From assembly GCA_043228905.1 (NCBI GenBank), contig JBHGNT010000004.1:14198001-14262000 (forward strand): a stretch of 64,000 bases of DNA, written 5' to 3'. Each line of letters begins with the position of its first letter. The first letter of the stretch is position 1. The notes beneath the pieces are model-generated. The model saw only the letters and a program-made list of their open reading frames with translations, ran no database searches and had not been told where the DNA came from. The translations under genes were made by a program, and so were the position numbers. This DNA is from Azolla caroliniana. Taxonomy: Eukaryota; Plantae; Polypodiophyta. This document shows positions 24,125 through 36,990 of the stretch, piece after piece.

Positions 24125-24598
24125 TGTTGAGAGACAAGCTCAACATCAGCCAGATTGGCTGAAGAAGCCGGGGACCGGATCGGCTGGGACCGATCGGTTA
24201 GGCCGAGTGCGTAAACCGGGAGGTCGTTAGGGAAGATATTCCGTGAGGAATATATTTGGGAGTTAGTGTAGGGGCTCTTGATGAGCATTGAAGTACTGTC
24301 AGTACTTCGGTCAGTCCTTCTAGGACTTGTTTAAAAGTGCTCACTGAGTTACCGAAGGACTGACCGAAGTACTGACAGTACTTCAATGCTCATCAAGTCC
24401 TAGAAGGACTGACCGAAGTACTGACAGTACTTCAATGCTCATCAAGAGCTCCTACACTAACTCCCAAATATATTCCTCACGGAATATCTTTCCTAACGAC
24501 CTCCCGGTTTATGCACTCGGCCTAACCAATCAGTCCCAACCGATCCAGTCCTCGGCTTCTTCAGCCGATCCGGGCGATGTTGAGCTTGTCTCTCGACA
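24125..24598. repeat. Inverted repeat (fold-back) of two partial copia LTRs
   Basis: Arms 24125-24329 and 24394-24598 are reverse complements with scattered mismatches. Same LTR family as 32353-32746. Confidence 0.92.
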
Positions 24599-24763
24599 CT
24601 TCGCCCCGACTCCGAAAAGGTTTGCGACCCGAAAAGGTTCCGATAGATTGTCGGAAGCCTCATATACTTGACTATCACCTGGCCGGACTTTAGTTACCCA
24701 GTTGGCTTGATTAGTCAGTTCATGGCGTGGCCAACCGAGGAATACCTTCAGTACGCGCAACAT

Positions 24764-25550
24764 TGTCGCGCCGTTTCGCGCGTGCGTGGAGAAAGGCGGG
24801 ACCATAGGGGGTCTTGGACTAGGGAGTGACGGAGCGTAGGAAGTCGTGCTTCACCGTTTCAGGGGCATCCAAGGAGCACACCGGAAACAACCGAAGGGAG
24901 AGAGAGAGAGAGTGCAGGCACGCAACATTGACTCTCGCACACACGCACACAGCACGCCGACCCAACTCACGCCTTATGTACAGAAACGAGAAAGAAACAC
25001 AAAGACACACACACGCACACCAACAGAGACTCTAATATGCACAACCAAATGTATATGTATTTACAGGACTACGAGATTCAACACCGACTTCGAGACGGGC
25101 CTAGGTCGCATAGGATACAACTATTGCCTACTACCAAGCCGCCGGTCGGGGAGCTCTCGGGCTTGTTGCGCCGAACGGGGCTTGCACAGAGTACAGGGCA
25201 GAAAACCGAAACGCTAGACACCAGTGCTCGATGCACAGAACGACGAAGAAGAAGTAGAGGAGAGCAAGAAAGGAAAGAGAGAAAGAGGAAGAGAGAACGT
25301 CTCTTCGTCTAACGATATACCCTGCTAATAAAAAATGGGCAACCCCTTCACAAGGGGCACTCCCTTCCTTTTATAGAACAAGGAGAGGGATGCGTTACAA
25401 TGTGGGATAAATCCCGGCTTTCATGGGATTCTTTGTCCCGACTTGACTCTTACTATTCACACGTTTATACAAGAGTGAGTGCGCATGGTGCACACCGCGG
25501 ATTCTCTCGATATTCTCCGATTCCGCCTAGGGACGGTTTTCTCCAAGACA
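24764..25550 (-). mobile_element. Solo LTR of the Trp-gypsy clade
   Basis: TG...CA ends, both homologous to LTR 52803-53485. Removal restores copia RT QYAQ|RVLRYVSGTKDRG. Degenerate 4-bp TSD ACAT/ACGC. Confidence 0.82.
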
Positions 25551-26081
25551 ACGCGTACTCAGGTACGTCAGTGGCACAAAGGACCGGGGGCTACTATATC
25601 GAACTGGTACTGCAACGCAACTAGTTGGCTATACAGATGCCGACTGGGACGGAAATGCCGGCGATCGTTGATTATCGATCCACATCCGAATTCACGTTCT
25701 CCCTTGGGAGCGCCGCGATTGCATGGAGTAGCAAGAAGCATCTGACAGTTCCACTGTCAAGCACAAAGGCCGAGTATCGAGGAGTGGTTGTCGCAACGTG
25801 TGAAGCCTGTCGGGAACTCAACGCTCCTTATGCACAACGCCCGGCCTCAACCGAGCTTAGAATCATACACAGAAAAACAGGAAACGGAAAAACACGACAC
25901 AAAGGAGAGAAAAGGTGCACAGGATGTTTACGTGGAAAACCCAAACTAAGGGAAAAACCACGGCAACCCACAGGCTGCAAACTATCACTATATTGGAATG
26001 TACAAATAGTGAGTTCACGGAGGCAATGACCTCGTGCTCACGATCTTCGCCACAGGCGGCGGTTACAACAGAGGCAACTAC

Positions 26082-26113
<32 letters not shown>

Positions 26114-26556
26114 GTACACTGTTACGTGCTCTCTCTTCTTCTTCTTGCACCAACAAGAAAAGTAACAACAACCGTTGTAAGTTTGCCCTAAGTCATATTT
26201 ATACTAATATGACTTTTCGGCTATTTACAAATATAGCCTCGATGGGCTCTCAAAAACATATTTAGGAATATGTCTCTTCGTCCGGTTCTCACCGGGTCTG
26301 TACCATCCGGTTCTCTGTAGCCGGGTACTCCTCATCCGGTCTTCACCGGGTCTGTATCATCCGGCTCTCCGTAGCCGGGTACTCCTCATCCGGTTCATAC
26401 CGGGTCTGCACCATCCGGCTCTCCGTAGCCGGGTACTCCTCATCCAGTTCATACCGGGTCTGCACCATCCGGCTCTCCGTAGCCGGGTACTCCTCATCCG
26501 ACACTGTTCTTCTCTCTTCCCATCCGGAGGGACCTGTCTCCCAACAAACTCCCCCT

Positions 26557-29500
26557 TCACTCCGGCATGGGGTGTCTTACCAATCGGATCTGCTTCCGGC
26601 ATGCATCCAGCTTGTCGGGTATCAGAACTTTGGTCAGCATATCTGACCCGTTCTCGGCCGTGTGGATCTTCGACAGTGCGAACTCCTGGTCATCTACTCT
26701 TTCCCGGATCCAGTGATACCTTCGTTGGATATGCTTCGTCCGGGAATGGTAGGACGCATTTTTAGCAAGATGGATGGCACTTTGACTGTCGCAATAGAGT
26801 CGGTATTCATCTTGCCAAATACCGAGCGCTCCGATGAAGTCCCTCATCCATAATATTTCCTTGCCAGCTTCCACAGCTGCCATGTACTCCGCCTCCATGG
26901 TTGACAATGCAACAATCTTCTGCAGCCTCGACTGCCACGAAACGGCTCCCCCTACATATGTCATTACATACCCGGATGTAGACCAGCGGGTATCCACATC
27001 AGCCGACATGTCCGAATCGGTGAAACCGTCAAGTTAAGGTTTTCCGGAGCCGAATCGGAGACACATATTTGAAGTGCCCTTCAAATACCGGAGTATCCAT
27101 TTGACTGCGTTCTAGTGCTCCTTGTCGGGATTGCTCATAAACTGGCTCACCACTCCGACTGCGTATCCTATATCCAGTCGGGTACACACCATTGCGTACA
27201 TCAAGCTCCCGACGGTAGAGGCATATAGAATCTTCATCATATCCGCCTTCTCTGCTTTCGTCTTCGGGCTTTACTTACCAGATAGCCTGCAGTTTGCCGG
27301 AAGTGTCGATCCGACCGTTTTCGAATCTGACATGTTGAACCGGTGAAGCACCTTTGTCACGTACTTCTCCTGTGACAGTTATAATTGCTTCACTGACCGG
27401 TTCCGGATAATATGCATCCCCAACATCTGTCTTACCGGACCCAAGTCTTTCATTGAGAAGGTCTGGTTGAGAGCCTTCTTCAGCATCCGTATTTAGACTT
27501 GGTCCCGTCCGACGATCAACATGTCGTCCACGTACAAAAGGAGTATTAGGAAGTCGCCTCCTTCAAACTTCTTCACAAACACGCAGTGATCGGCCTACGT
27601 CTTGTGGTACCCTTGATCGGCCATGAAGGAGTCGAACTTCCGGTACCATTGCCAGGGAGCCTGGTTTAGTCCGTACAGGCTCTTCTTCAGCCGGCATACC
27701 AGGTGCTCCTTCCCTTTCTCCACAAATCCTTCCGGTTGCTGCATGTAGATCTCCTCTTCGAGGTCGCTGTGAAGGAATGCCGTCTTCACGTCCAGCTGTT
27801 CTTCCTCGAGGTCCATGCTTGCCGCTATACTCAGCACCATCCGGATGGAGATCATCTTTACTACCGGGGCAAATATCTCGTCAAAGTCCACGCCCTTTTT
27901 CTGCTGGAACCCCTTCACCACGATCCTGGCTTTGTATCTCGGGGGGTTGCTGGCATCTCCCGGTTTCAACTTATACACCCACTTGTTTCGGAGTGCCCGC
28001 TTTCCTTTCGGCAACTCCACCAATTCGTACGTATGGTTCTCATGCAAGGAATCCATCTCATCCTGCATGGCACTTAACCATTTGAGGCTATGGGTGTCAT
28101 CCTTCGCTTCTTCGAAGCTTTCCGGCTCTCCCTCATCGGTCAGCAGAACATGCTCTGCATCAGGAAATCTCCGGGGGGGCCTTCTCTCTCTGAGAGGATA
28201 TCTCCGTCTTCGGGCTTCGGTAACCGGCTCCTCCACTTGCTCTTCATCCGAATCCGATTCGGGGTCTTGGCCGGTTCCGATTTCAGCTTCCACTACTTCT
28301 TCTTCAGCCTGTTCGGTATCCTCACCGTAACCGGCTGGTCCCTTGAGTGCTAACCGGTCTCTTGCCGGTTGGGTTTGCTCATCGTAGAGTCGATCCTTAC
28401 CGGTCGACTCGGAGTTCATTATCTTCTTCTCTGACTCCCAGTCGGTGAGCGTCTTGTCCTCCATGAAGATAATATCTCGACTCCGGAATACCTTCTTGTC
28501 GACCAGGTCCCACACTCGGCAGCCGAACTCATCGTCACCGTAACCGAGGAATATGCATGGCCGGGTCTTTGGATCTAACTTTCCTCTCCGGTCCTTAGCT
28601 ACATGCACGTACGCGAGACACCCGAATACCTTCAGATGCCGGTAGGACACTTCCTTACCGGTCCAGACTCTCTGTGGCGTGTCTCCGTCCAAGGGTACTG
28701 AGGGTGATCTGTATATCATGTATGTCGCTGTCGACAGTGCCTCAGCCCAAAACTTCTTGGGTAGTCTTGCATGCGCTAGCATACTCCGGACCCTCTCCAT
28801 TATGGTCCGGTTCATCCTCTCGGCCAGTCCATTTAGTTCCGGCGTCTTCGGCACGGTAAATTCGAGCCGGATTCCCTTCGAGCGGCAGTACTCCTCGAAC
28901 TGCCCCCGGTATTCTCCTCCGTTATTTGCTCGAACCGCCTTCAGCTTCCGGCCGGTTTCTCTTTCCACTCTCGCGTGGAGCTCTTTGAAGACGGATAGCA
29001 CCTGATCCTTCGTCTTCAACGGTGTGGCCCACAACTTCCGGCTGTGGTCATCTATGAACGTCACGAAGTACTACACTCCGGCATGTGACTTCGTGTCTAC
29101 TTGACACACATCCGTATGCACCAACTCCAATGGTGCATTACATCTCATCGGTGGCCTTGGTCGGAAGGAGGTCCAGTTTTGCTTACCGGCCAGACAATCA
29201 GTGCACTTCTCCAAGTGCACGTTCTTCACTGGAATGACGTTGTCGTCTGCAAGCCTCTTCATCCCCTTCTCCCTCATATGACACAGTCTCTTGTGCCACA
29301 GCTCACCGGCAATGTCGGATGCCACGTTCACTTCTTCCGGACATAACTGGGCATTCATCAGGTACAGTGTGTTGACCTTCCGGGGCCGAGCCACAATCAG
29401 GCTCCCTTTGTTGAACTTCATGACACCGTTCCGGATGCTTCCCGTGTAGCCTTCATCATCTAGCCGACCGGCTGATATCAGGTTCAGACGAACCTCCGGA

Positions 29501-30603
29501 ACGTGTCGGACATCCTTCAACAGCAACCTGCATCCGGTTGGTGTTGACAGCCACACGTCTCCTATGCCGACAATTCGGCATGTACCTTCATTCCCCATCT
29601 GGACACAGCCGTGATCACCGGCTGAGTAGGATGAGAAGCATTTCCGGTTCGGGGTAAGGTGGAATGATGCTCCGGAGTCTACCACCCAGGTCATCTCGTC
29701 GCCGGCAAGGTTTATCTCACTCTCCTCGGTGATGAGCATCAACTCTTCTTCACTTGCCGCGATTGCCGTCGTTCCCTTCCGGTCCGTTCCCCTCCGGTCT
29801 TTACTGTTCCGGTCCGGGGTCCGCTTCGAATCGGTACCGTCGGTTTCCTTGTCTTTACGGAAATGCCGACAGTTCTTTTGGAAGTGTCCCAGCTTGCCGC
29901 AATAGAAGCAAGTGGGCCTCCCCCTTGACTTTGACCGTGTCCCCGACTTCTCCCGGTTCTGGGGACTACGGTTTCTATGTCTTCCGCGTTCCAATTCAGT
30001 AAGGAGCGCTTTGGAGTCGGAGCTCGTATCTTTATCTTTCCGACGCGCCTCCTCATCTACCAAGCTTGACTTTACTCTTGCTAGGGATATCCGCTTTCCT
30101 TCCGGCCTAGCGTTGCCCAAAGTGACAACCAACGTCTCCCAGCTATCCGGGAGGGAACCGAGCAGGAGTAGCGCTAGTACCTCATCGGCGAGAGGTACTT
30201 CCAATGAAGTTGCCTGGTGGATCAGCCCCTGGAAGGCATTCATGTGCTCCGCCATGCTGGAGCCATCTTGGTACTGGAGTCTTACTAGCTTCCGGAATAC
30301 CGAAACCTGATTAACAACATTTTTGTTTTGAAACATTATGCCGATCTTCTCCCAGAGCTCATGAGCCTTGCTCTCTTCATTGAAGTTGTTGTACAGGCTC
30401 ATGTCGATGAAGCACCGTATGTACGCCGTTGTCTTCATGTGCATCACCTCCCATATCGCGGCGTCGATTTTGTCCGGTCTCTTGTCCCCGAACTGAACCG
30501 GGAGCCAGAGGTCTTTAACCATGAGCATGTCCCTCATCTTCGACTTGCACACTGAATAGTTGGAACCGGTGAGCTTGAACATGCCGCCAAACGATTCGTC
30601 CAT
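26557..30603 (-). pseudogene. Copia gag-pol polyprotein with several premature stops
   Basis: Collinear ORFs of 510, 489 and 150 aa: CFYCGKLGH, WVVDSGASFH, HTDVC, DVKTAFL, YVDD, SDMLTK. Confidence 0.92.
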
Positions 30604-31097
30604 TTTCTGTGTCGTTTCACTCTGATACCACTTGTCGGGAACTCAACGCTCCTTATGCACAACGCCGGGCCTCAACCGAGCTTAGAATCATACACAGAAA
30701 AACAGGAAACGGAAAAACACGACACAAAGGAGAGAAAAGGTGCACAGGATGTTTACATGGAAAACCCAAACTAAGGGAAAAACCACGGCAACCCACAGGC
30801 TGCAAACTATCACTATGTTGGAATGTACAAACAGTGAGTTCACGGAGGCAACGACCTCGTGCTCACGATCTTCACCACAGGCGGTGGTTACAACAACGGC
30901 AACGACCTCTTTCTCTCTCTCTCTCTCTTTGTACACTGTTACGTGCTCTCTCTTCTTCTTCTTGGACCAACAAGAAAAGTAACAACAACCGTTGTAAGTT
31001 TGCCCTAAGTCATATTTATACTAATATGACTTTTCGGCTATTTACAAATATAGCCTCGATGGGCTCTCAGAAACATATTTACGAATATGTCTCTTCG

Positions 31098-31426
31098 TCC
31101 GGTTCTCACCGGGTCTGTACCAGCCGGTTCTCCGGAGCCGGGTACTCCTCATCCGGTCTTCACTGGGTCTGTATCATCCGGCTCTCTATAGCCGGGTACT
31201 CCTCATCCGGTTCATACCGGGTCTGCACCATCCGGCTCTCCGTAGCCGGGTACTCCTCATCCGGTTCATACCGGGTCTGGACCATCCGACTCTCCGTAGT
31301 CGGGTACTCCTCATCCGGTTCAGACCGGGTCTGCACCATCCGGCTCTCCGTAGCCGGGTACTCCTCATCCGGTTCATACCGGGTCTGCACCATCCGGCTC
31401 TCCATAGCCGGGTACTCCTCATCCGG
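31098..31426 (-). repeat. 54-bp tandem array in the U3 of element C LTRs
   Basis: Unit CCGGCTCTCCGTAGCCGGGTACTCCTCATCCGGTTCATACCGGGTCTGCACCAT. About 6 units here, about 4 in 26281-26500 and about 5 in 35694-35968. Confidence 0.9.
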
Positions 31427-31669
31427 CACTGTTCTTCTCTCTTCCCATCCGGAGGGACCTGTCTCCCAACAAAGCCATATGGCTGAAGCGGCTACTTAAG
31501 GATCTGCAAGTGGAGGTGTCCGGTCCGATGACGATCTACTGCGACAACGTCAACAACATCCAACTTGCGAAGAACCCCATGTTCCACGCCTGGACTAAGC
31601 ACATTGAGGTGCATTACCACTTTGTCCACGAGCGTGTCCTCTTTTTGGTGAAGTTGAACTTTAGTATGT

Positions 31670-34600
31670 AGCTGTAGCTGAATTCTCGCCGAATTCCTTT
31701 TTCTTGCAGAAAGCTACTGAATTGGTTGGAAAAGTACTCTTTTCCGCCATCCGACCGTAGGCATTTGATCTTCCTCTTCGATTCCCGTTCCACCATCTTC
31801 TGGAGGCTCCGGAAACACTCGAAGACTTCGCTCTTCCGCTCAATGAGGTAGATCCACGTATGTTGCGTGTAGTCGTCGATGAAGGAGACGAAATATCGAC
31901 TCCCGCCAATGCTAACATTTTGTGCCAGTCCCCACACCTCCGAATGGATAAGGTCGAGCTGGTTACGGCTTCGATTTCATTCGGTGGGGAATGGAATCCG
32001 GTGTTACTTCCCGAGTTAGCAGGCTTCACAAATCTGGGCTCTCCGGCCACTAAACTTCGGCAAACCGAAAATGACTTTGTCCGTTTGTAGGTCTTGAAGC
32101 CTTCGGTAGTTGATGTGGCCGATCCGCTTGTGCCACAAGTCGATATCCGACTCGACCTTCTGTCCTATGGTGAACAATGTGGTGCCGACGTCATTGGTGT
32201 TGAGGATAAACATCCTCCCATCTCTGCGCCCTTGCACAATAACTTCACCCTCATCCTCAATGAAGCACCCGAGGTGCGTAAAACGCACCTGCATCCCCTG
32301 GTCGACAATCTGTCCGACCGACACCAGGTTCTTCGTGATCGTCAGAACATGTTGTAGAAAGTAGCGTGCGGAAGCAGGTATGAAGACCGAACTGAAGGAA
32401 GAAAACTCAGGTTTAATGGAGAGCTTGAGCTTACGCAGTATACGCGGGAGAGACAGAGAGAGAGTGAGAGAGAACAGAAGAACTATATTTAACAATAATA
32501 CTCAGTCTGTACATAAGACGTGCTCAGTGAACACTTTTATACAAGTCCTAGAAGGACTGACCGAAGTATTGACAGTACTTCAGTGCTCATCAAGAGCTCC
32601 TACACTAACTCCCAAAAATATTCCTCACGGAATATCTTTCCTAACGACCTCTTGGTTTACACACTCGGCCTAACCGATCGGTCCCAACCGATCCGGTCCT
32701 CGGCTTCTTCACCCGATCCGGCCGATGTTGAGCTTGTCTCTCAACACTGCCCCTCAAGCTCAACTCGAGGCTCCTCGGGATCCTTGGGCTCATAGCTCCG
32801 GTTCCTCCTGGCTTCACGCCTCGACCGCGCTGCTCGACCTGTTCGACTCCGCGCGCTTCGACCCTTCCGGTCGGCTTGTCTGCTCATGCGGCCCTCATCA
32901 GCTCTTCTGTTGTTGCGGTGTTGACGCTTCTCCTGCTGTCTTTTCTTTCGCTTGGGCCTCGGTTGATTCAACATATCTGAATCAAATATCCGAACCGACT
33001 CGGCTACCTCCGATCGGTCTCCGCTCTCGTCCGAGTTGGCTGTCTCCAACTCGTCTTCGTTCTTCTCGCCCTCGATGGCGTCATCTTCCCAATGCGTGGT
33101 TGGCTTTGGCTCTCTCCTTCGGTTGCTCCCCTTCTGTCCGCTTCCGAACTTTTCCGCGGGTCCGCCCTCGGCTTCTTCAGCCGATACGAAGTCGAACTCG
33201 ACAACAGACTCGGTGTCGCGGTCTCCGCTCCTTTCATTCTGATTTGCTTGGTCGTTCGGGACTATTCTCCCCCTCAAGTTCGGCATGTCAAGGTGACACA
33301 ATCCGAGCGCACCCGAGAATTTCCGCAACTTGTTCAGACCAAGAGGCTTGGTGAAGATGTCGGTAGCCTGCCGATCCGTCAGAACGTACTGAAGTTCGAC
33401 TTCACCGGAAAGGAGACGCTCACGGACGAAATGGTAGTGCACCTCAATGTGCTTGGTCCGTGCGTGGAAGACGGGGTTTTTCGCGAGTTGGATGCTGTTG
33501 AGGTTGTCGCAGTAGATCGTCCTTGGATCGGTCACCTCCTCTTGCAGGTCCTTAAGTAGCCGCTTCAACCATATGGCTTCGCATGTCGCGACAGCCGCTC
33601 CTCAGTACTCGGCTTCGGTGCTCAACAGTGCAATTGTCGGCTGCTTCTTACTGCTCCACACGATCGCGGCACTCCCGAGGGAGAACGCGTATCCAGACGT
33701 GGATCGGCGATCGGCGGCGTTGCCAGCCCAATCAGCATCAGTGTAGCCGACTAACTACGCGGCTGCTTACGTACCAAAGTACGCGTTGCGCACACTGAAG
33801 GTGCTCCTCGGTAGGTCGCGCCATGAACTGACTGACCACCCCGACCGGATAATTGAGGTCGGGTCGGGTGATGGTCAAGTATATGAGGCTTCCGACAATT
33901 TGTCGGAACCTCGTCAGGTCGCATACCTTTCCCGTATCGGGACGAAGCTTGACGGTTCTGTCCAGAGGAGTCGAGACGGACTTACAGTCAGCCGTCCCGA
34001 GTTTGAAGAGCATACCCAGCACGTAATGACGTTGGTTGATCAATATGCCTTCGGGGGTACGGATCACTTCGATCCCGAGGAAGTAATGAAGGTCCCCCAG
34101 ATCCTTCATGTCGAACGATGCCGCAAGCTGGAGCTTCACGCGGTCGATTTCACCTAGGTCGACGCCAGTTATGAACAAGTCATCAACATATAGTAAAATA
34201 CTAACCGGTCCGAGTTGACCTTTCCGGATGAACAGGGAAGAGTCCAATTTTGTCGTGACGAAGCCCATCCAACGCAGTTGTTGCGTGATCTTCGCGTTCC
34301 AGGCACGCGGGGCTTGTTTCAGTCCGTAAAGGGACTTCTTCAGTTCGCATACTGCCGAGGAGTTCGTTCCGGAGTGAAATCCGGGGGGCTGTACCATGTA
34401 CACCTGTTCCTCAAGGTCACCTTGCAGGAACGCATTCTTTACATCCATCTGATGTAAGTGCCACCCCTTCGCCGCAGCTACTGCGAGTAAAACACAGACA
34501 GTCATCATTTTCGCGACCGGTGCAAATGTCTCATCGTAGTCGATGCCGTGTTTCTGCGCGTAGCCGTCTGCCACTAGCCGAGCCTTGTACCGGTTAATGG

Positions 34601-35161
34601 AGCCATCGGTGTTGTACTTGACCTTGTACACCCACCTACACCCGATCGGTTTTACCCCTGTTGGTACGTCAACCAGGCCCCAGGTCTCGTTCTCCGCCAA
34701 TGCGTGCATCTCTTCCTCCATCGCGACACGCCAATTCGCATCTTTAGCCGCTTCTGCGTAGATCTCCGGCTCACGCACTTCCGCTACACGGGTCATGTAC
34801 GTATAATGATGCGCCATGTACTCGTTGTATCCGAACCGCACAACAAGATTCTTCTGGCGGATAGATCGGCATAATATCACATTAGCCGATGTCGAGGCCT
34901 TCTCAGTCGACGCGGACGTCACCTTTAAAACCTGTCACCGGTTCCCTCGGAGTCGGACTCGCGTCGGTCTGACTCGTTCCTATCCGTGCCGGAATCCGAC
35001 ACCTTCTTCTTCCCTTTCTCTTTGCGTGTAAGCCGTTTCCTCGGCTTCCTGCGTGGGGAATGCACGGCCGAGTCTCCACTACTCGTCGGCTCTTCATCGG
35101 ACTGGTCGTACCGACTCAGTCGTCCAATCGGTCCACTTAACCGGAGTGAGCTGAATTCTCG
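31670..35161 (-). mobile_element. Circularly permuted copia segment: linker-RT-RNaseH-PPT-LTR joined to late protease region and integrase
   Basis: ORFs 33738..34922 (RT) and 32741..33568 (RNase H + tail), then LTR 32353-32746, then directly HVLTITKNLVS..LWHKRIGH..CEAC..FIDDY..LRSDGGKEY..IRREFS. Confidence 0.85.
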
Positions 35162-36211
35162 CCGGTGAGCTTGAACATGCCGCCAAACGATTCGTCCATT
35201 TTCTGTGTCGTTTAGCTCTGATACCACTTGTCGGGAACTCAACGCTCCTTATGCACAACGCCCGGCCTCAACCGAGCTTAGAATCATACACAGGAAAACA
35301 GGAAACGGAAAAACACGACACAAAGGAGAGAAAAGGTACACAGGATGTTTACGTGGAAAACCCAAACTAAGGGAAAAACCACGGCAACCCACAAGCTGCA
35401 AACTATCACTATGTTGGAATGTACAAACAGTGAGTTCACGGAGGCAACGACCTGGTGCTCACGATCTTCACCACAGGCGGCGGTTACAACAGAGGCAACG
35501 ACCTCTTTCTCTCTCTCTCTCTCTTTGTACACTGTTACATGCTCTCTCTTCTTCTTCTTGCACCAACAAGAAAAGTAACAACAACCGTTGTAAGTTTGCC
35601 CTAAGTCATATTTATACTAATATGACTTTTCGACTATTTACAAATATAGCCTCGATGGGCTCTCAAAAACATATTTACGAATATGTCTCTTCGTCCGGTT
35701 CTCACCAGGTCTGTACCATCCGGTTCTCCGTAGTTGGGTACTCCTCATCCGGTCTTCACCGGGTCTGTATCATCCGGCTCTCCGTAGTCGGGTACTCCTC
35801 ATCCGGTTCATACCGGGTCTGCACCATCCGGCTCTCAATAGCCGGGTACTCCTCATCTGGTTCATACCGGGTCTGCACCATCCGGCTCTCCGTAGCCGGG
35901 TACTCCTCATCTGGTTCATACCGGGTCTGCACCATCTGGCTCTCCGTAGCCGGGTACTCCTCATCTGGCACTGTTCTTCTCTCTTCCCATCCGGAGGGAT
36001 CTCTCTCCCAACAAAGCCATATGGCTGAAGCGGCTACTTAAGGATCTGCAGGTGGAGGTGTCCGGTCCGACGACGATCTACTGCGACAACGTCAACAACA
36101 TCCAACTTGCGAAGAACCCCATGTTCCACGCCTGGACTAAGCACATTGAGGTGCATTACCACTTTGTCCACGAGCGTGTCCTCTTTTTGGTGAAGTTGAA
36201 CTTTAGTATGT
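35162..36211 (+). repeat. Direct duplicate of 30566-31669 (gag start, PBS and 5' LTR of C, TSD and host RNase H flank)
   Basis: Same LTR/AAGCC/host junction at 36013-36018 as at 31471-31476. Differs by one 54-bp unit and scattered SNPs. Confidence 0.93.
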
Positions 36212-36990
36212 TTCGACCGATCGGGAGAACGCTGACATTTTCACCAAACCCCTTGGTCTGGACAAGTTGCGACAATTCTCGAGTGCGCTTGGGTTGCAGC
36301 ACTTCGACATGCTGAACTTGAGGCCAAGATTGACGACGAATTGGACAAAAGTGGAGACAAATCGGAGGCAGCCGATTCGGCTTGGATGTTTGATTTGGAG
36401 ACACCGAATCAACTGAAGGCCAAGCGGAAGAAAGGGCAGCAGAAGAAGCGCCAACACCGTGCAGCAACGGAGCTGGAACAGGCCGCACGAGCAGACAAGT
36501 TGACCGTAAGGGTCGAGTCGTGCAGAATTGAACGGGTCTAGGAGCACGAGCGAGGCGTGAAGTCAAGAGAAACTGGAGTGAAGGACCGGAAGAGCCTCAA
36601 GGGAGCTTGAGGGGGAGTGTTGAGATACAAGGTCAACATTGGCTGGAGTGGCTGTGCAAGCCGAGAACCGGATTGGTTTGGACTGATCGGTTAGGCCGGA
36701 TCGGTGCGTAAACCGGTGTGTGAACTGGTGCGGAAATCAGTGCGCAACAAGAGGCCGGATCGGTACGGAAATCGGAAGGCCGTTGAACAGATATTCCGCA
36801 AGAGAATATATTTGGGAGTTAGTGTAGGAGCTCAATTATGTGCATTGAAGTGTTGGGAATTCGGTCCCTCCGGATGGGATGTCCGGAGATGAATGACGGC
36901 AAGCCCGGTTGCGGTTACGGAACCGGATGATGAAGACCCCGGTACGGAGCCGGATGATGAAGACCCCGGTTACGGAACCGGATGATGAAG

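Larger units (their letters stand above)
25808..31471 (-). mobile_element. Full-length copia element C (Tnt1/Tork-like)
   Basis: LTRs 25808-26546 and 30633-31471; AAGCC TSD; PBS TGGTATCAGAG (tRNA-iMet) at 30620-30630; PPT AGGGGGAG at about 26549-26556. Confidence 0.95.

Noticed and set aside
24125-24598. MITE or DNA transposon with long TIRs
   Set aside because: The arms are LTR sequence, the flanks belong to different hosts, and there is no TSD (GGTCG vs CTTCG).
31098-31426. Regular 54-bp and 28-bp repeats resembling a CRISPR array
   Set aside because: They are contiguous tandem units without unique spacers, lie inside LTRs, and no cas genes are present.
30609-31499. Long antisense ORFs (296 aa here, 278 aa at 35205, 146 aa at 14129)
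   Set aside because: They are by-products of LTR sequence and stop-free in-frame repeats, recur only because the LTRs do, and are broken in sister LTRs.
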